Positions 1-9,497 of a stretch of 64,000 nucleotides of DNA are shown in pieces; within the stretch, counting starts at the first letter, position 1; each line of letters opens with the position of its first letter. The notes beneath the pieces are model-generated. The model had not been told where the DNA came from. It saw only the letters and a list, made by a program, of their open reading frames with translations, and did not search any database. Made by a program: the position numbers and the translations under genes. The DNA is taken from IMG/VR virus record IMGVR_UViG_3300038809_000021, positions 7,782 through 71,781 of that record. One strand, given 5' to 3'. This DNA comes from a virus.

Positions 1-1633
1 CGAAGCCCGGTGTCTCTTTGATGATCCGCATGCACTCGATGCTGTGACTGTTCGTGTGGTTGTTCCAGTTATCGACGAACAGCACAACGAAGCAGATGTT
101 CGGGCCTTTCTTCTTGGCCCGCAGACCACGACCGATACGCTGGCGCACAGCAACTTCTGCTTTGCCGCCCCCGGCGAGGATCACCTGACCAACAGAGGGC
201 ACGTCAACACCGACGTCCAGGATGGTGGTGCCGATCAGAACGTCCAGCTTGCCCGCGCCCAGTCGATCAAGTGCAGCCTGACGAACCTCCTGACTGTCCT
301 CGCCCCTGATGAATTCGACCCGCAAGCCTTTCATTTTGATCAGGTTTTTCAGGATGTCGCCGTGATCGGTGCGCTGAATCAGCACCATCGACGTCAGACC
401 GTGCTTCTTGCCTTCAACGCAGACGTCCACAATCTGCATGTTCCGCCCGGTACCCTTGACGATCCCACGCTCATAGGCAGCAGGGAAGGGCATGCCCCGG
501 TTCACACCTGGTGTCGGCTTGCTGGTGATGAAGTTGAAGATCGGCTTGGCCAGGATGCCCCGGTCGATCAAAGTCTTCTCGCTCACACGAATGCCGACCG
601 GGCCAGAAGCTGCGGTCAGACGCATGTTGGCCTCTTCCGAGTCCTTCATGTTCGGCGTGGCAGTCAGCGCCAGACGGTAGTGGGCGTTCTTCATCGCATT
701 GCACAGGTCGAAGAACCCGGTACCGGACACCTCGTGCGCTTCTTCCAGGGTCAGAAAACCGATCTGCTCCAGGAAGGCGATCGTCTCGGCGCGAGTCTTC
801 GCTTTGCGGTCGGCAATGGACTGCGCTTTGTTGCGCACTTCCCGATCATTCAGCTTGTGCTTCGCCGACACAGCCTTCTCAAGAGCCTCTTTCTGAGCCA
901 GCACCTCTTTCGATGCCTTGCGCAGCAGAGACGGGTTCGACGGGATGCCGGCCTTCTTGAGAACGCGCTCGGTCTCCTTCTCCAGCATGGTGCAGTGCTT
1001 CTCGATGATCTTGTCCAGCTCAATGTCGAAGCTCGACACTTCCATTCGCGACACCAGAGTATCGACGATTGCGAAGTTCACACCGTTGGGCTGCGGTTCC
1101 CACTTGCCGTCACCCAAGAAGCCGACAGGTCGTTTGGACCCGACAGACTTGTAACCCTTCGCCATCTGATACATCAGCGACTTGCGGGTGGTGATGAACA
1201 GGGTCGGCAACTGCAAGCGCTCGCAGCAGAGCTTGAAAATCTCGCTCTTACCGCCCCCTGTTGCGATCTGAGCGGTCATACGCTTCAACTGCACCAGTCG
1301 CTTCATTGTCTCGGGCTGATAGTCGTAGCGGGCGTCAGGAGGGAAGCTGCTGACTACGGGCAGTTCAGGGCCGCCAGGTTCTGGGACTTTCTTGCCCTGA
1401 ACGATGACCCGGTACCCGCGCTTCTCAAGCGTGACACGCACCAGACGGACGAAGCCGGCTGGGAAGAAGTTCTTGTTCATGTTGAACATCGAACCATGCG
1501 CCACGCCCATACCCTTGATCCCGCTCTCGATCTTGTACGAAAGCAGTTCGTTCACAATCAGCCGGGCCTCACGGTCGGGCTCGACCAGTGCTGCCTTCAC
1601 TGCGTTGTGGACAATTTTGATCGTCGTGGCCAT
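1..1633 (-). CDS. SF2 (DEAD/DEAH-like, UvsW-type) helicase, 3' end truncated by window edge
   Basis: Manual minus-strand translation from ATG at 1633 (MATTIKIVHNAV...): motif I AQIATGGGKS, motif II FLTLEEAH, motif III ALTATP, motif V TTILDVGVDVP, motif VI RQRIGRGLR. Absent from the ORF track because there is no stop codon in the window. Confidence 0.9.
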   Translation of the reverse strand, partial: MATTIKIVHNAVKAALVEPDREARLIVNELLSYKIESGIKGMGVAHGSMFNMNKNFFPAGFVRLVRVTLEKRGYRVIVQGKKVPEPGGPELPVVSSFPPDARYDYQPETMKRLVQLKRMTAQIATGGGKSEIFKLCCERLQLPTLFITTRKSLMYQMAKGYKSVGSKRPVGFLGDGKWEPQPNGVNFAIVDTLVSRMEVSSFDIELDKIIEKHCTMLEKETERVLKKAGIPSNPSLLRKASKEVLAQKEALEKAVSAKHKLNDREVRNKAQSIADRKAKTRAETIAFLEQIGFLTLEEAHEVSGTGFFDLCNAMKNAHYRLALTATPNMKDSEEANMRLTAASGPVGIRVSEKTLIDRGILAKPIFNFITSKPTPGVNRGMPFPAAYERGIVKGTGRNMQIVDVCVEGKKHGLTSMVLIQRTDHGDILKNLIKMKGLRVEFIRGEDSQEVRQAALDRLGAGKLDVLIGTTILDVGVDVPSVGQVILAGGGKAEVAVRQRIGRGLRAKKKGPNICFVVLFVDNWNNHTNSHSIECMRIIKETPGF

Positions 1634-1715
1634 GGATCACTTCCAGTTATTCGCGTCAACAGTTATTGTACACGCTTACTGTAAGGTTCTTTCCCCCACC
1701 GAACAAGGAATTGCA

Positions 1716-2501
1716 ATGACTGACACAGATTTTTCTGACCTCGACGACCTCGATATGGACCTGAGTTCCAGCGATGTCGCCGAAGTGGATGCAGCGCTAA
1801 AAAAACTCGAGCCTGCCAAGACAACAGAAATGGAAGTCGAGTACGCCAATCCGCAAGACCTGCGCCCGAACCCCTGGAACCCCAACGGTGTCGATCCGAT
1901 CAACCAGACCAAGCTGGAAAACAGCATTCGCAAAGACGGCATCAAGCGACCGATCGTGGTTCGCCAGCTCGACAACGGCGACTTCCAAATCATCGGCGGC
2001 CAGCACCGTACCGAAGCAGCAATCAGCCTGGGCCTGGATCAAGTGCCGATCATCAATCGCGGCAAGATCACCGACGCCGAAGCGAAGAAAGAAACCCTGC
2101 TGGACAACTACCGCTACGGCACCGACAACCTCGATCGCCTGAGCGAGCTGCTGAGTGACCCGGACATCGGTGACGCTCTCGACCTGATCAGCACCATGCC
2201 AATCGACGAGGAAGAGCTGGCCGAGTATTTCAGCCACATCAAATCGGTCGATGTGGACATGGACGTTGACGAACACCTCGACGAGAAGCCCGAGGAAGAA
2301 GACGAAGCCGACACCATTGACCTGGGCATCAAGCCGGCGCGCACTCACCAGATCATCCGCTTCCGCATCAGCGTGGAAGATCAGGCCAAGCTGGCCGAGT
2401 TGATCAAGCAGACCAAGATCGACGAGGGCTACACCGAGTCGGACGACCTGACCAACGATGGCGATGCTTTGGTGCACCTGCTGCGCGGACTGCTTTCATG
2501 A
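1716..2501 (+). CDS. ParB/Srx N-terminal-domain protein (IbrB-like), acidic N-terminus
   Basis: LRPNPWNPN ... SIRKDGIKRPIVVR ... IIGGQHRTEAA ParB-like box. Start moved to ATG 1716 behind an AAGGA RBS. Confidence 0.85.
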   Translation: MTDTDFSDLDDLDMDLSSSDVAEVDAALKKLEPAKTTEMEVEYANPQDLRPNPWNPNGVDPINQTKLENSIRKDGIKRPIVVRQLDNGDFQIIGGQHRTEAAISLGLDQVPIINRGKITDAEAKKETLLDNYRYGTDNLDRLSELLSDPDIGDALDLISTMPIDEEELAEYFSHIKSVDVDMDVDEHLDEKPEEEDEADTIDLGIKPARTHQIIRFRISVEDQAKLAELIKQTKIDEGYTESDDLTNDGDALVHLLRGLLS

Positions 2502-2686
2502 GTGATGCGCAGAAAACCTTCGATGGCAATCTTGCCTTTGAGCGCGAGCAAATCATCAAGCGAGCCGTGAACAAGTCGCGCATGGAATGCCACGACAACA
2601 TTCGCACCCTGAACCCCGACCGTGATCTACGGTGGGACAACGAAGAAGCCTTTGACAGAATGGACCGCGACTATGACCGCGATTAA
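2498..2686 (+). CDS. Small hypothetical protein (62 aa) coupled between the two ParB-like genes
   Basis: ATGA overlap with upstream stop; overlaps next start; phage-like codon usage. Confidence 0.6.
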   Translation: MSDAQKTFDGNLAFEREQIIKRAVNKSRMECHDNIRTLNPDRDLRWDNEEAFDRMDRDYDRD

Positions 2687-3371
2687 ACCGCCGTACATCA
2701 AGGTCGAAGAGGACTGGGCAATCGATCGCCTGGTTCCCTACGCCATGAACAGCAAGAAGCACGAGCCGAAGCAGATCAAGAAGATCGCCGCTTCCATCGC
2801 CAAACATGGCTGGACCAGCCGGATCGTCGTTGAGCCGGACGGTACCATCATCGCTGGTCACGGCCGCCGGCTGGCTGCCATCGAGCTGTTCCAGGAAGTC
2901 GTCCCCGTTCTGGTGTTGAAAGGCATCAGCAAGGAAGACGCCCGCGCCCTGCGACTGATCGACAACAAGGTGCAGGAAGGTGGCTATGACACCGGCATGC
3001 TGAGCCTGGAACTGAAAGAGTTGGTCATGGGCGGTACCGACCTGGGCGACTTCTTCGATGTCCGCGACCTGCAATTCGCCATCGACGACCTGGGTGACAT
3101 CGACCTGGGCAGCCTGTCGGAAGACATCAGCCCCGAAGTTGAAGCCCAGACCACTCGCACTGAGGAAGAAGTCGAGAAGGCTGAGGAAGACGAGGTGTCG
3201 CTGACCCGTGCGCTGGGCATCAGCAAGATCACAGGCAAGCAAGCCCGTGAACTGAAACGCTTCGTGGGAGCGGCCCAAGACGCGTATGGGGTCGATCCAG
3301 CAGAAGCCCTGATCTGTGCCCTCGAAGACTGGGCGGCGGTGCATCTGCGCGATCAGGATGACGGGAAATGA
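2673..3371 (+). CDS. Second ParB/Srx N-terminal-domain protein
   Basis: LVPYAMNSKKH ... IAASIAKHGW ... IVVEPDGTIIAGHGRRLAA, typical of terminase-associated phage ParB-like proteins; acidic C-terminal half; no clear HTH. Confidence 0.85.
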   Translation: MTAIKPPYIKVEEDWAIDRLVPYAMNSKKHEPKQIKKIAASIAKHGWTSRIVVEPDGTIIAGHGRRLAAIELFQEVVPVLVLKGISKEDARALRLIDNKVQEGGYDTGMLSLELKELVMGGTDLGDFFDVRDLQFAIDDLGDIDLGSLSEDISPEVEAQTTRTEEEVEKAEEDEVSLTRALGISKITGKQARELKRFVGAAQDAYGVDPAEALICALEDWAAVHLRDQDDGK

Positions 3372-4006
3372 GTACCTACCTGATCAACAAGTCGTTCAAC
3401 TCGACAGTCGTGCGCAGCCGCCGGGTTCTTGAGGTCGCCGAAGGGTTTGGCCTGGGCCTGGAAGACAAGGAATTCGTGGTCTACAAAGACCTCAAGCTGG
3501 AGGTGAATCAAGGTGACTCGGTGTACATCACTGGTCAGTCGGGCTCGGGCAAGAGCCTGCTGCTCAAAGAGCTGGCTCGTCAAATCGGTGAAGAGCAAGA
3601 GATTGCCGACATCGATAAGGTTGAGCTGCGAGAGGTGCCACTGGTTGATCAGATTGGCAGCTCTACTGATGATGCCGCACGCATCCTGAACATGGCCGGG
3701 CTGAGCGATGCTTACCTGATGATCCGCAAGCCGTCTGAACTGTCTGATGGCCAGCGGTACCGGTTCCGCATCGCCAAGCTGATGGAATCGAAAGCTCGGG
3801 TCTGGGTTGCAGATGAATTCGGCGCCGTGCTGGACCGAACCACTGCCAAGCTTGTAGCATTCAACCTTCGCAAGTTTGCCCTGAAAGTCGGCGCTACGAT
3901 CATCGTGGCAACCACTCACAAAGACCTGCGTGAAGAACTGGCGCCCACTCTCTACGTGGACAAGCGCTACAAAGAGAAGGTCTTAATCGAGGTGTCACCG
4001 CAATGA
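3368..4006 (+). CDS. Soluble ABC-type ATPase (COG2401-like N-terminal part)
   Basis: Walker A GQSGSGKS, signature ELSDGQ, Walker B VWVADE, H-loop ATTH. No permease nearby. Confidence 0.9.
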   Translation: MSTYLINKSFNSTVVRSRRVLEVAEGFGLGLEDKEFVVYKDLKLEVNQGDSVYITGQSGSGKSLLLKELARQIGEEQEIADIDKVELREVPLVDQIGSSTDDAARILNMAGLSDAYLMIRKPSELSDGQRYRFRIAKLMESKARVWVADEFGAVLDRTTAKLVAFNLRKFALKVGATIIVATTHKDLREELAPTLYVDKRYKEKVLIEVSPQ

Positions 4007-4362
4007 GCGCAGCAGAACTGATCCTGGTCGACTTCAAAAAGGGCAAAGTGAAAGAGCGCCGCCAACTGCCTGAGAAAGATGCAGTGCCGGCCGACGCCTG
4101 GAAAGCTTTGAAAGACCCGGACTTCAAAGAGTGGGTGAAGGGTGTTGCAGCGACAGCCGAAGCCTGCGCTCTGAACGGTGGCAACTGGAGACGCATGATC
4201 ATGATCATGTGCGACCAGCCGCCAGGCTCGGATGAGTTCTGCATGACGTTGTGGGACAACAGCACCATTCAGAGCGAGGACGTGATCGACATCCTGAGCG
4301 AATCGTTGGGCAAGGTGACTGACGCCATGATCAACGAAGACGAGGGGCCGGAACTCGCATGA
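4003..4362 (+). CDS. Hypothetical protein between ABC ATPase and GNAT
   Basis: 119 aa ORF with ATGA overlaps on both sides. Confidence 0.7.
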   Translation: MSAAELILVDFKKGKVKERRQLPEKDAVPADAWKALKDPDFKEWVKGVAATAEACALNGGNWRRMIMIMCDQPPGSDEFCMTLWDNSTIQSEDVIDILSESLGKVTDAMINEDEGPELA

Positions 4363-5234
4363 ACACCGAAGACATTCTGATCGAACGGGACGACAAGGCT
4401 CGTCCCCGCTTTTCGCTGATGGATGACATGCGCGTCGAGCGCGGCACGAAAGCTGACTGGGATGCACTCCATGACCTTCACTACAAGGCTGAAAATCTAC
4501 CTGCTGGGCCTCGTTTTTGGCGTTGCGTCACTGGCGACGGCGACCTGGTTGGTATCGTTGTGTTTAGCACCGTCAGCCTTCTTCTTGCTCCCCGACATCA
4601 GGTGTTCCCGAAGCTCAAGCCTGGCAACGACAGCCATTTTACGAACGTCCACCGTGCCACGTTTCTGAACAAGAACTTCAAGCGGGCGGCGCGCATCGTG
4701 ACGGACACGATGTACCGCGGCATTGGGGTCGCGTACAGGATGGTGAACCTGGCCATGCGAATGGAGGGGATGCGGTTCATCGAGATTCAGTCGTCGATGT
4801 CCAAGTTCAACCCGTTCGACGTGAAGGCCGGCTTCAAGCATGCACACCTCAAGCCGGCGGCCGCCTACGTCCAGGGCTTGAAGTTCATGCGCAGCCAGTT
4901 CAGCGGACACCCTGCTGACCACCAGGCGATCATGGACGAACTGAAAAGCTTCACGCCAGGGCACCGCGCTCGGGTGATGAAAGCCATGCAAGAGTTCTAC
5001 TACCGTCACAGCGCACGCGAGAAGACGGGCGGGAACCTGAACGTGGGCACGGGCAAAGTCGGGCTGATGGAGCCGGCACACCTGCTCAGAGAGCTTCAAC
5101 AGCTCGTGTTTGCCAGCCCAGTGTACGGAATCTGGACCAACCCGGACCTGGGTCGTGAAATTCCACAGAGCCTGCCGATCCGCGCATTCGATCTGCAAGG
5201 CCCAAATGAACCATTGAGGTTGGATTTGCTATGA
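4359..5234 (+). CDS. GNAT-fold acetyltransferase-like protein (COG2401-like C-terminal part)
   Basis: Acyl-CoA-binding motif RIVTDTMYRGIGVAYRMV; N-terminal DWDALHDLHY; C-terminal NPFDVKAGF; operonic with the ABC ATPase. Confidence 0.75.
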   Translation: MNTEDILIERDDKARPRFSLMDDMRVERGTKADWDALHDLHYKAENLPAGPRFWRCVTGDGDLVGIVVFSTVSLLLAPRHQVFPKLKPGNDSHFTNVHRATFLNKNFKRAARIVTDTMYRGIGVAYRMVNLAMRMEGMRFIEIQSSMSKFNPFDVKAGFKHAHLKPAAAYVQGLKFMRSQFSGHPADHQAIMDELKSFTPGHRARVMKAMQEFYYRHSAREKTGGNLNVGTGKVGLMEPAHLLRELQQLVFASPVYGIWTNPDLGREIPQSLPIRAFDLQGPNEPLRLDLL

Positions 5235-5569
5235 AGCCACTGACATTCAAACAGCGCCAGGTCATCAAGATCGTGATCATGGGCAACATCGACGTCAAGG
5301 GAACCCGGCTGTCGAACGTGGACGTGTACCAGTTGAAGAACAGGCTCGACTACGAGACATCCCGGGATTCGCTGATGTGTAGTCTCGCGATCCTGGAGAA
5401 GCAGGGTTGGATTGTGAAAGCGGGGAAAGAACTCCGGGATGGGAGACAGAAGCAAACTCTTGCTCCGACAGCTCAAGCGATCCGGGTTATGAATCCGACT
5501 CCAATCAGTGTCCCGGACTATGAAGAGATTGAACTGGATGATGACATCGTAGAGTTGGCGATGCTGTAG
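5231..5569 (+). CDS. Winged-helix DNA-binding protein, possible late regulator
   Basis: Pattern SLMCSLAILEKQGWIVKAG ... QTLAPT resembles a wHTH recognition helix plus wing; last gene before the late leader. Confidence 0.55.
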   Translation: MKPLTFKQRQVIKIVIMGNIDVKGTRLSNVDVYQLKNRLDYETSRDSLMCSLAILEKQGWIVKAGKELRDGRQKQTLAPTAQAIRVMNPTPISVPDYEEIELDDDIVELAML

Positions 5570-5651
5570 GTATCCGGTGCTGTCAGCGCCTGCTTTCCCC
5601 TATTTCTTCTTGTTCTTTTAGCAAGCTAGTAGTTAGAAGGGAGAGCAGCAG

Positions 5652-5657
5652 TATAAT
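5652..5657 (+). promoter_or_regulatory. Perfect -10 hexamer TATAAT of putative late promoter; no canonical -35
   Basis: TATAAT at 5652-5657 in the 290 bp intergenic gap before terS. Confidence 0.45.
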
Positions 5658-5813
5658 CATCGAACGCAAGGGTCTTTACAAGTGGCAGTGTTAAACTACC
5701 TCTTATTGGCTGTTAATGGACGTCGAATAGGCTCAAATTTGACAGCGGCCCGGCGTTCGGGTCAAATGGATGGCGCCTACCTCCTAATGGGCAAATCGCT
5801 GAGTGAGAGTCAA

Positions 5814-5847
5814 GGCTGATAGGGTGCAACCTGTCAGCCATTTTTTT
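5814..5847 (+). terminator. Intrinsic terminator immediately upstream of terS
   Basis: Stem GGCTGATAGG / CCTGTCAGCC (one G-U), loop GTGCAA, then A and T7. Confidence 0.75.
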
Positions 5848-5862
5848 GAGAACGAGAAACCC

Positions 5863-6567
5863 ATGACTGAGACGACTGAGCCAACCCCGGTACCCGATGA
5901 AGATGGTGAAGCCAGCAAGGCCAAGCGACTCACGCCCAGGGAATACGCTCGTGCGAAAACCATGTGGGAATCCGGCGAGTACAGCCTGAGCGAAATTTCC
6001 GAAACGGTGAAGGTCAGCGCAACAGCGTTGAGCCGCCGGTTCAAGCGCGACACCATTTCCAAAGGCAGCGCGGCCAAGAAAGTATCGGCCGCCGTCAAAC
6101 GTGCCATCGAGAAGACCAGTGCTGCGCAAGCGGAAGAACTGGCCTCGACTGCGCACGACATCAAGATGCTGGCGCTCAAGTCCATTGAGACCTTCAACAA
6201 GCTGAACATCCAGCAGGTGATGAAGCAGATCAAGGCCGGGAAACCCCTGGCTGAAATTCAGGGCGACTTGAAGACCCTGGAAATCGCCTCGAAGATTGTC
6301 ATGCTGAACTACGGTACCGGCGCCCGCATCCTGGGTCTCGATAAAGACCTGAGCATGGACGACACATTGCCAGAGCTGCAAATCCACATCATGACCGAGA
6401 ACGACGTGGCCGAACTCCGCGAGCAACAGCGCCGCGAAGAAGCAGAAGCCAACGGCGAGCTGATCGACGAAGACGAAATCATGGCCCACCTGAGCGACGA
6501 AGACATCAAAGCTCTGGATGAAGCCTTGGATGATGAAGACATCGTGATCGAAGGCGAAGATGACTGA
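5863..6567 (+). CDS. terS: Terminase small subunit
   Basis: N-terminal HTH (WESGEYSLSEISETVKVSATALSRRF), coiled middle, acidic tail; TGATG overlap with terL. Confidence 0.8.
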   Translation: MTETTEPTPVPDEDGEASKAKRLTPREYARAKTMWESGEYSLSEISETVKVSATALSRRFKRDTISKGSAAKKVSAAVKRAIEKTSAAQAEELASTAHDIKMLALKSIETFNKLNIQQVMKQIKAGKPLAEIQGDLKTLEIASKIVMLNYGTGARILGLDKDLSMDDTLPELQIHIMTENDVAELREQQRREEAEANGELIDEDEIMAHLSDEDIKALDEALDDEDIVIEGEDD

Positions 6568-7838
6568 TGAAAGTCACCTCAGCCAACCCATCCAGCCTAC
6601 GTCCCCTGGTCTCCAAGATCGGTCTGCACCCAAAGCAGGCCGAAGTGTTCCTGGACACAGCCCGATTCCGAGTCGTAGTTGCCGGCCGACGCTGGGGTAA
6701 GACTGCGCTCGCCAAAACGGAAATGATCCAGCGAGCCAAGATTCCTGGACAGAAGATTTGGTACATCGCCCCGACCTATCGGATGGCGAAGCAGATCATG
6801 TGGAACGACCTCAAGGCTTCGATTCCCCGCAAGTGGATTGCGCGGGAACACGAGACCGAAATGTCGATCACCCTGAAAAACGGATCCATCATCGAGTGCA
6901 AAGGCGCAGACAACCCGGATACGCTCCGGGGTGTGGGTCTGAACTTCGTGGTGATGGACGAATTCCAGGACATCCGCAGCGACACCTGGACCACGATCAT
7001 TCGACCTACCCTGGCGAAAGACCGCGGCGAAGCACTGTTCATTGGTACCCCGAAAGCCTACAACCAGCTCTACGAGGTGTATCAGTTCGGCCAAGACGAG
7101 GCTCGCAAAGCCTGGTCCAGCTATCAGTTCCCAACGATCACGTCGCCGTTCATTCCCGAGTCCGAGATTATCGAAGCTCGCCGAGACATGGACCCGCGCA
7201 CGTTCCGTCAGGAATTCGAGGCGTCGTTCGAAACCATGTCGGGCCGGGTTTACTATCCGTTCGACCGAAACGTTCACACCAGCCCGGACATCAAGTTCAA
7301 TCCGCAGCGCCCAATCTGGGTAGGGGTGGACTTCAACATCGACCCAATGTCCGCGGCGATCATTCAGCCTCAGACCAATGGGGAAATCTGGGTGGTCGAC
7401 GAAATCTTCCTGCACAACTCGAACACCGAGGAACTGTGCGAAGAGCTGGAGAAGCGTTACTGGCGTCACATGAGCAACATCACCATCTTCCCCGACCCGG
7501 CCGGTGCTGCACGTCAACACGCCCGCGGTGAATCTGACCTTGAGATTTTCAGGCAGAAGGGGTTCCGTCGAATCAAGTTCCGTCGCAAGCACCCGCCTAT
7601 TGCAGACCGGGTGAACAGCGTGAACCGAATGCTGAAAGACGCGGCCGGCTTCACACGCATGAAAGTGAACAGCGGTTGCACGAACGTGATCGAGTCGCTG
7701 GAGCAGACGCTCTACAAGGCGGGGTCGCGTGACATCGACAAAGGGCAGCGTATGGAACACATCACGGACGCCCTGGGTTATGCGGTGGAACTGGAGTTCC
7801 CGATCAAGAAAATCATCATCGCCGGTCATTCACTATAA
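6567..7838 (+). CDS. terL: Terminase large subunit
   Basis: Walker A AGRRWGKT, Walker B FVVMDE, IGTP coupling motif, RNase H-like GVDF ... DP ... HITDAL. Confidence 0.95.
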   Translation: MKVTSANPSSLRPLVSKIGLHPKQAEVFLDTARFRVVVAGRRWGKTALAKTEMIQRAKIPGQKIWYIAPTYRMAKQIMWNDLKASIPRKWIAREHETEMSITLKNGSIIECKGADNPDTLRGVGLNFVVMDEFQDIRSDTWTTIIRPTLAKDRGEALFIGTPKAYNQLYEVYQFGQDEARKAWSSYQFPTITSPFIPESEIIEARRDMDPRTFRQEFEASFETMSGRVYYPFDRNVHTSPDIKFNPQRPIWVGVDFNIDPMSAAIIQPQTNGEIWVVDEIFLHNSNTEELCEELEKRYWRHMSNITIFPDPAGAARQHARGESDLEIFRQKGFRRIKFRRKHPPIADRVNSVNRMLKDAAGFTRMKVNSGCTNVIESLEQTLYKAGSRDIDKGQRMEHITDALGYAVELEFPIKKIIIAGHSL

Positions 7839-7843
7839 ACGCT

Positions 7844-7875
7844 TGCACATTGGCGTTGATGTCCTTTACCATAGT
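7844..7875 (+). promoter_or_regulatory. Possible sigma70 promoter upstream of portal
   Basis: TTGCAC-18 nt-TACCAT in the terL-portal gap. Confidence 0.35.
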
Positions 7876-7898
7876 TGCACTCAAAAGTGGGAATTCCC

Positions 7899-9473
7899 GT
7901 GGATAGCAAGACAGCTAAAGCCATCGTTGATCGCAAGCACCCTCTGTACCTGGAGCTGGTGCCGCATTGGGATTTCCTCGAATCCAGCTATAAGGGTGGG
8001 CGCTCCTGGTTCAAGACGAACATCTTCCGCTACATCAAGGAAGGTGACATCGAGTACAAGGACCGTGTAGAGCGCGCATACCGCTTCAACCACACCCGCG
8101 AAACCGTTGACCTGGTGAACAAGTACCTGTTCCGCGCACCCATCGCTCGCAAGATCGACTCGGTGCCGGATGCAGTGAAGACTTTCTGGGACAAGGTGGA
8201 CGCGACTGGTCTGGACATCAACGAGTTCATGCGGATCGTCTCGCTCAAGTCCTCGATCTTCGGCCGCCCTTGGATTGTCATCGACAACCGTGTGACCGAA
8301 GCCGTTGCAAGCGAATCCGAAAACCCGCTCGACCTCTACGCCTATATCGTTCCGCCTCAACAAGTGCCTGACTATGCGTTCGACGACGCCGGTGAGCTGC
8401 TGTGGGTGCTGATCGAAGAACACGTTCGTGACGATCAAGACCCAGTGAATGGCAGCGGCGAGATTCGCAAGCGCTATCGTCTGTGGACTCGTATGCAGTG
8501 GGCTCTGATCGAATTCGTGAAAGGCCCAGGCAAGTCTGGCGGCAAGTGGGAAATGAGTCGTAGCGGCGATCACAACCTGGGCCTGGTCCCGGTGGTCCCT
8601 GCGAACAACAGCGTCGTGACCGACAAGTGGGATTGCCCAGCGTTGATCGCTGACGTGGCCTACCTCGACCGCGCTGTCTCGAACTATGCCTCGAACCTTG
8701 ACGCAATCATCCAGGACCAGTCGTTCTCGCAGTTGGCCATGCCAGCGCAGGGCGTTCTGCCAGGTGACGATGCGTACAACAAGGTTCTCGAAATGGGCAC
8801 CAAGCGTGTGTTCCTGTACGACGGTGAAGGTGGCGCAGCGCCCCAGTTCCTGAGTCCAGACCCAACACAGGCTTCGCTGATCCTCTCTGCCATTGGCCAG
8901 TTGATCAACGAGATTTATCACAGCGTCGGCTTGGCCGGCGAACGCACCAAGCAAGACAACAGCAAGGGCATCGACAACAGTTCCGGTGTAGCAAAAGCGG
9001 TAGACTTCGAGCGGGTGGTTGCATTACTGTCCTCGAAAGCTGACGCCCTGGAAGTGGTTGAGTACAAGATGCTGCAAATTGTCTGCGCCTGGGCAGAAGC
9101 AGAAATGCCGAAGATCGATGTGGTCACCTACCCTGTAGAGAGCCAGTTCGACGTTCGGACGCTGTACGACGAAATCGACGTCGGTATGAAGCTGCGGTTG
9201 ATGGGCTTGCCTCCACTGATCCTGGAAGAGCAAATCAACCGTCTCGTGCCGAAACTGTTCCCGGACTTGTCCGAGGACGTGTTGAAGGCGATCAAAGCCG
9301 AAGTGAAGAAGTGGGCAAACGAGCCGAGTGAGCAAGAGAAAGCTGACGCGGCAAACGGTGCAGGCTCCGAAGCTTCGAAAAAGGTCGTCGAAGAAGCCAA
9401 GCGCAATCGCGCTGACGCCTCTGCAAAGAAAACCGATACCCAAAGCCGAGAGACCGGCAAAACCAACGGCTAA
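7899..9473 (+). CDS. Portal protein
   Basis: About 525 aa directly after terL; N-terminal HW..LESSYKGG pattern; GTG start at 7899. Confidence 0.8.
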   Translation: MDSKTAKAIVDRKHPLYLELVPHWDFLESSYKGGRSWFKTNIFRYIKEGDIEYKDRVERAYRFNHTRETVDLVNKYLFRAPIARKIDSVPDAVKTFWDKVDATGLDINEFMRIVSLKSSIFGRPWIVIDNRVTEAVASESENPLDLYAYIVPPQQVPDYAFDDAGELLWVLIEEHVRDDQDPVNGSGEIRKRYRLWTRMQWALIEFVKGPGKSGGKWEMSRSGDHNLGLVPVVPANNSVVTDKWDCPALIADVAYLDRAVSNYASNLDAIIQDQSFSQLAMPAQGVLPGDDAYNKVLEMGTKRVFLYDGEGGAAPQFLSPDPTQASLILSAIGQLINEIYHSVGLAGERTKQDNSKGIDNSSGVAKAVDFERVVALLSSKADALEVVEYKMLQIVCAWAEAEMPKIDVVTYPVESQFDVRTLYDEIDVGMKLRLMGLPPLILEEQINRLVPKLFPDLSEDVLKAIKAEVKKWANEPSEQEKADAANGAGSEASKKVVEEAKRNRADASAKKTDTQSRETGKTNG

Positions 9474-9497
9474 GTGAACAGCCCGGAGAAATGAATT

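Noticed and set aside
44-1684. 546-aa plus-strand ORF in the track
   Set aside because: Antisense shadow of the minus-strand helicase; no RBS or motifs.
1716-3371. ParB genes as a plasmid partition system
   Set aside because: No ParA, no HTH or dimerisation domain and no parS array seen; context is terminase-linked.
3368-4006. ABC transporter
   Set aside because: No transmembrane permease or substrate-binding protein nearby.
5770-5790. Perfect SD (AGGAGG) on the minus strand as start of a hidden gene
   Set aside because: No start codon at a suitable distance (ATC follows); treated instead as an anti-SD on the plus strand.
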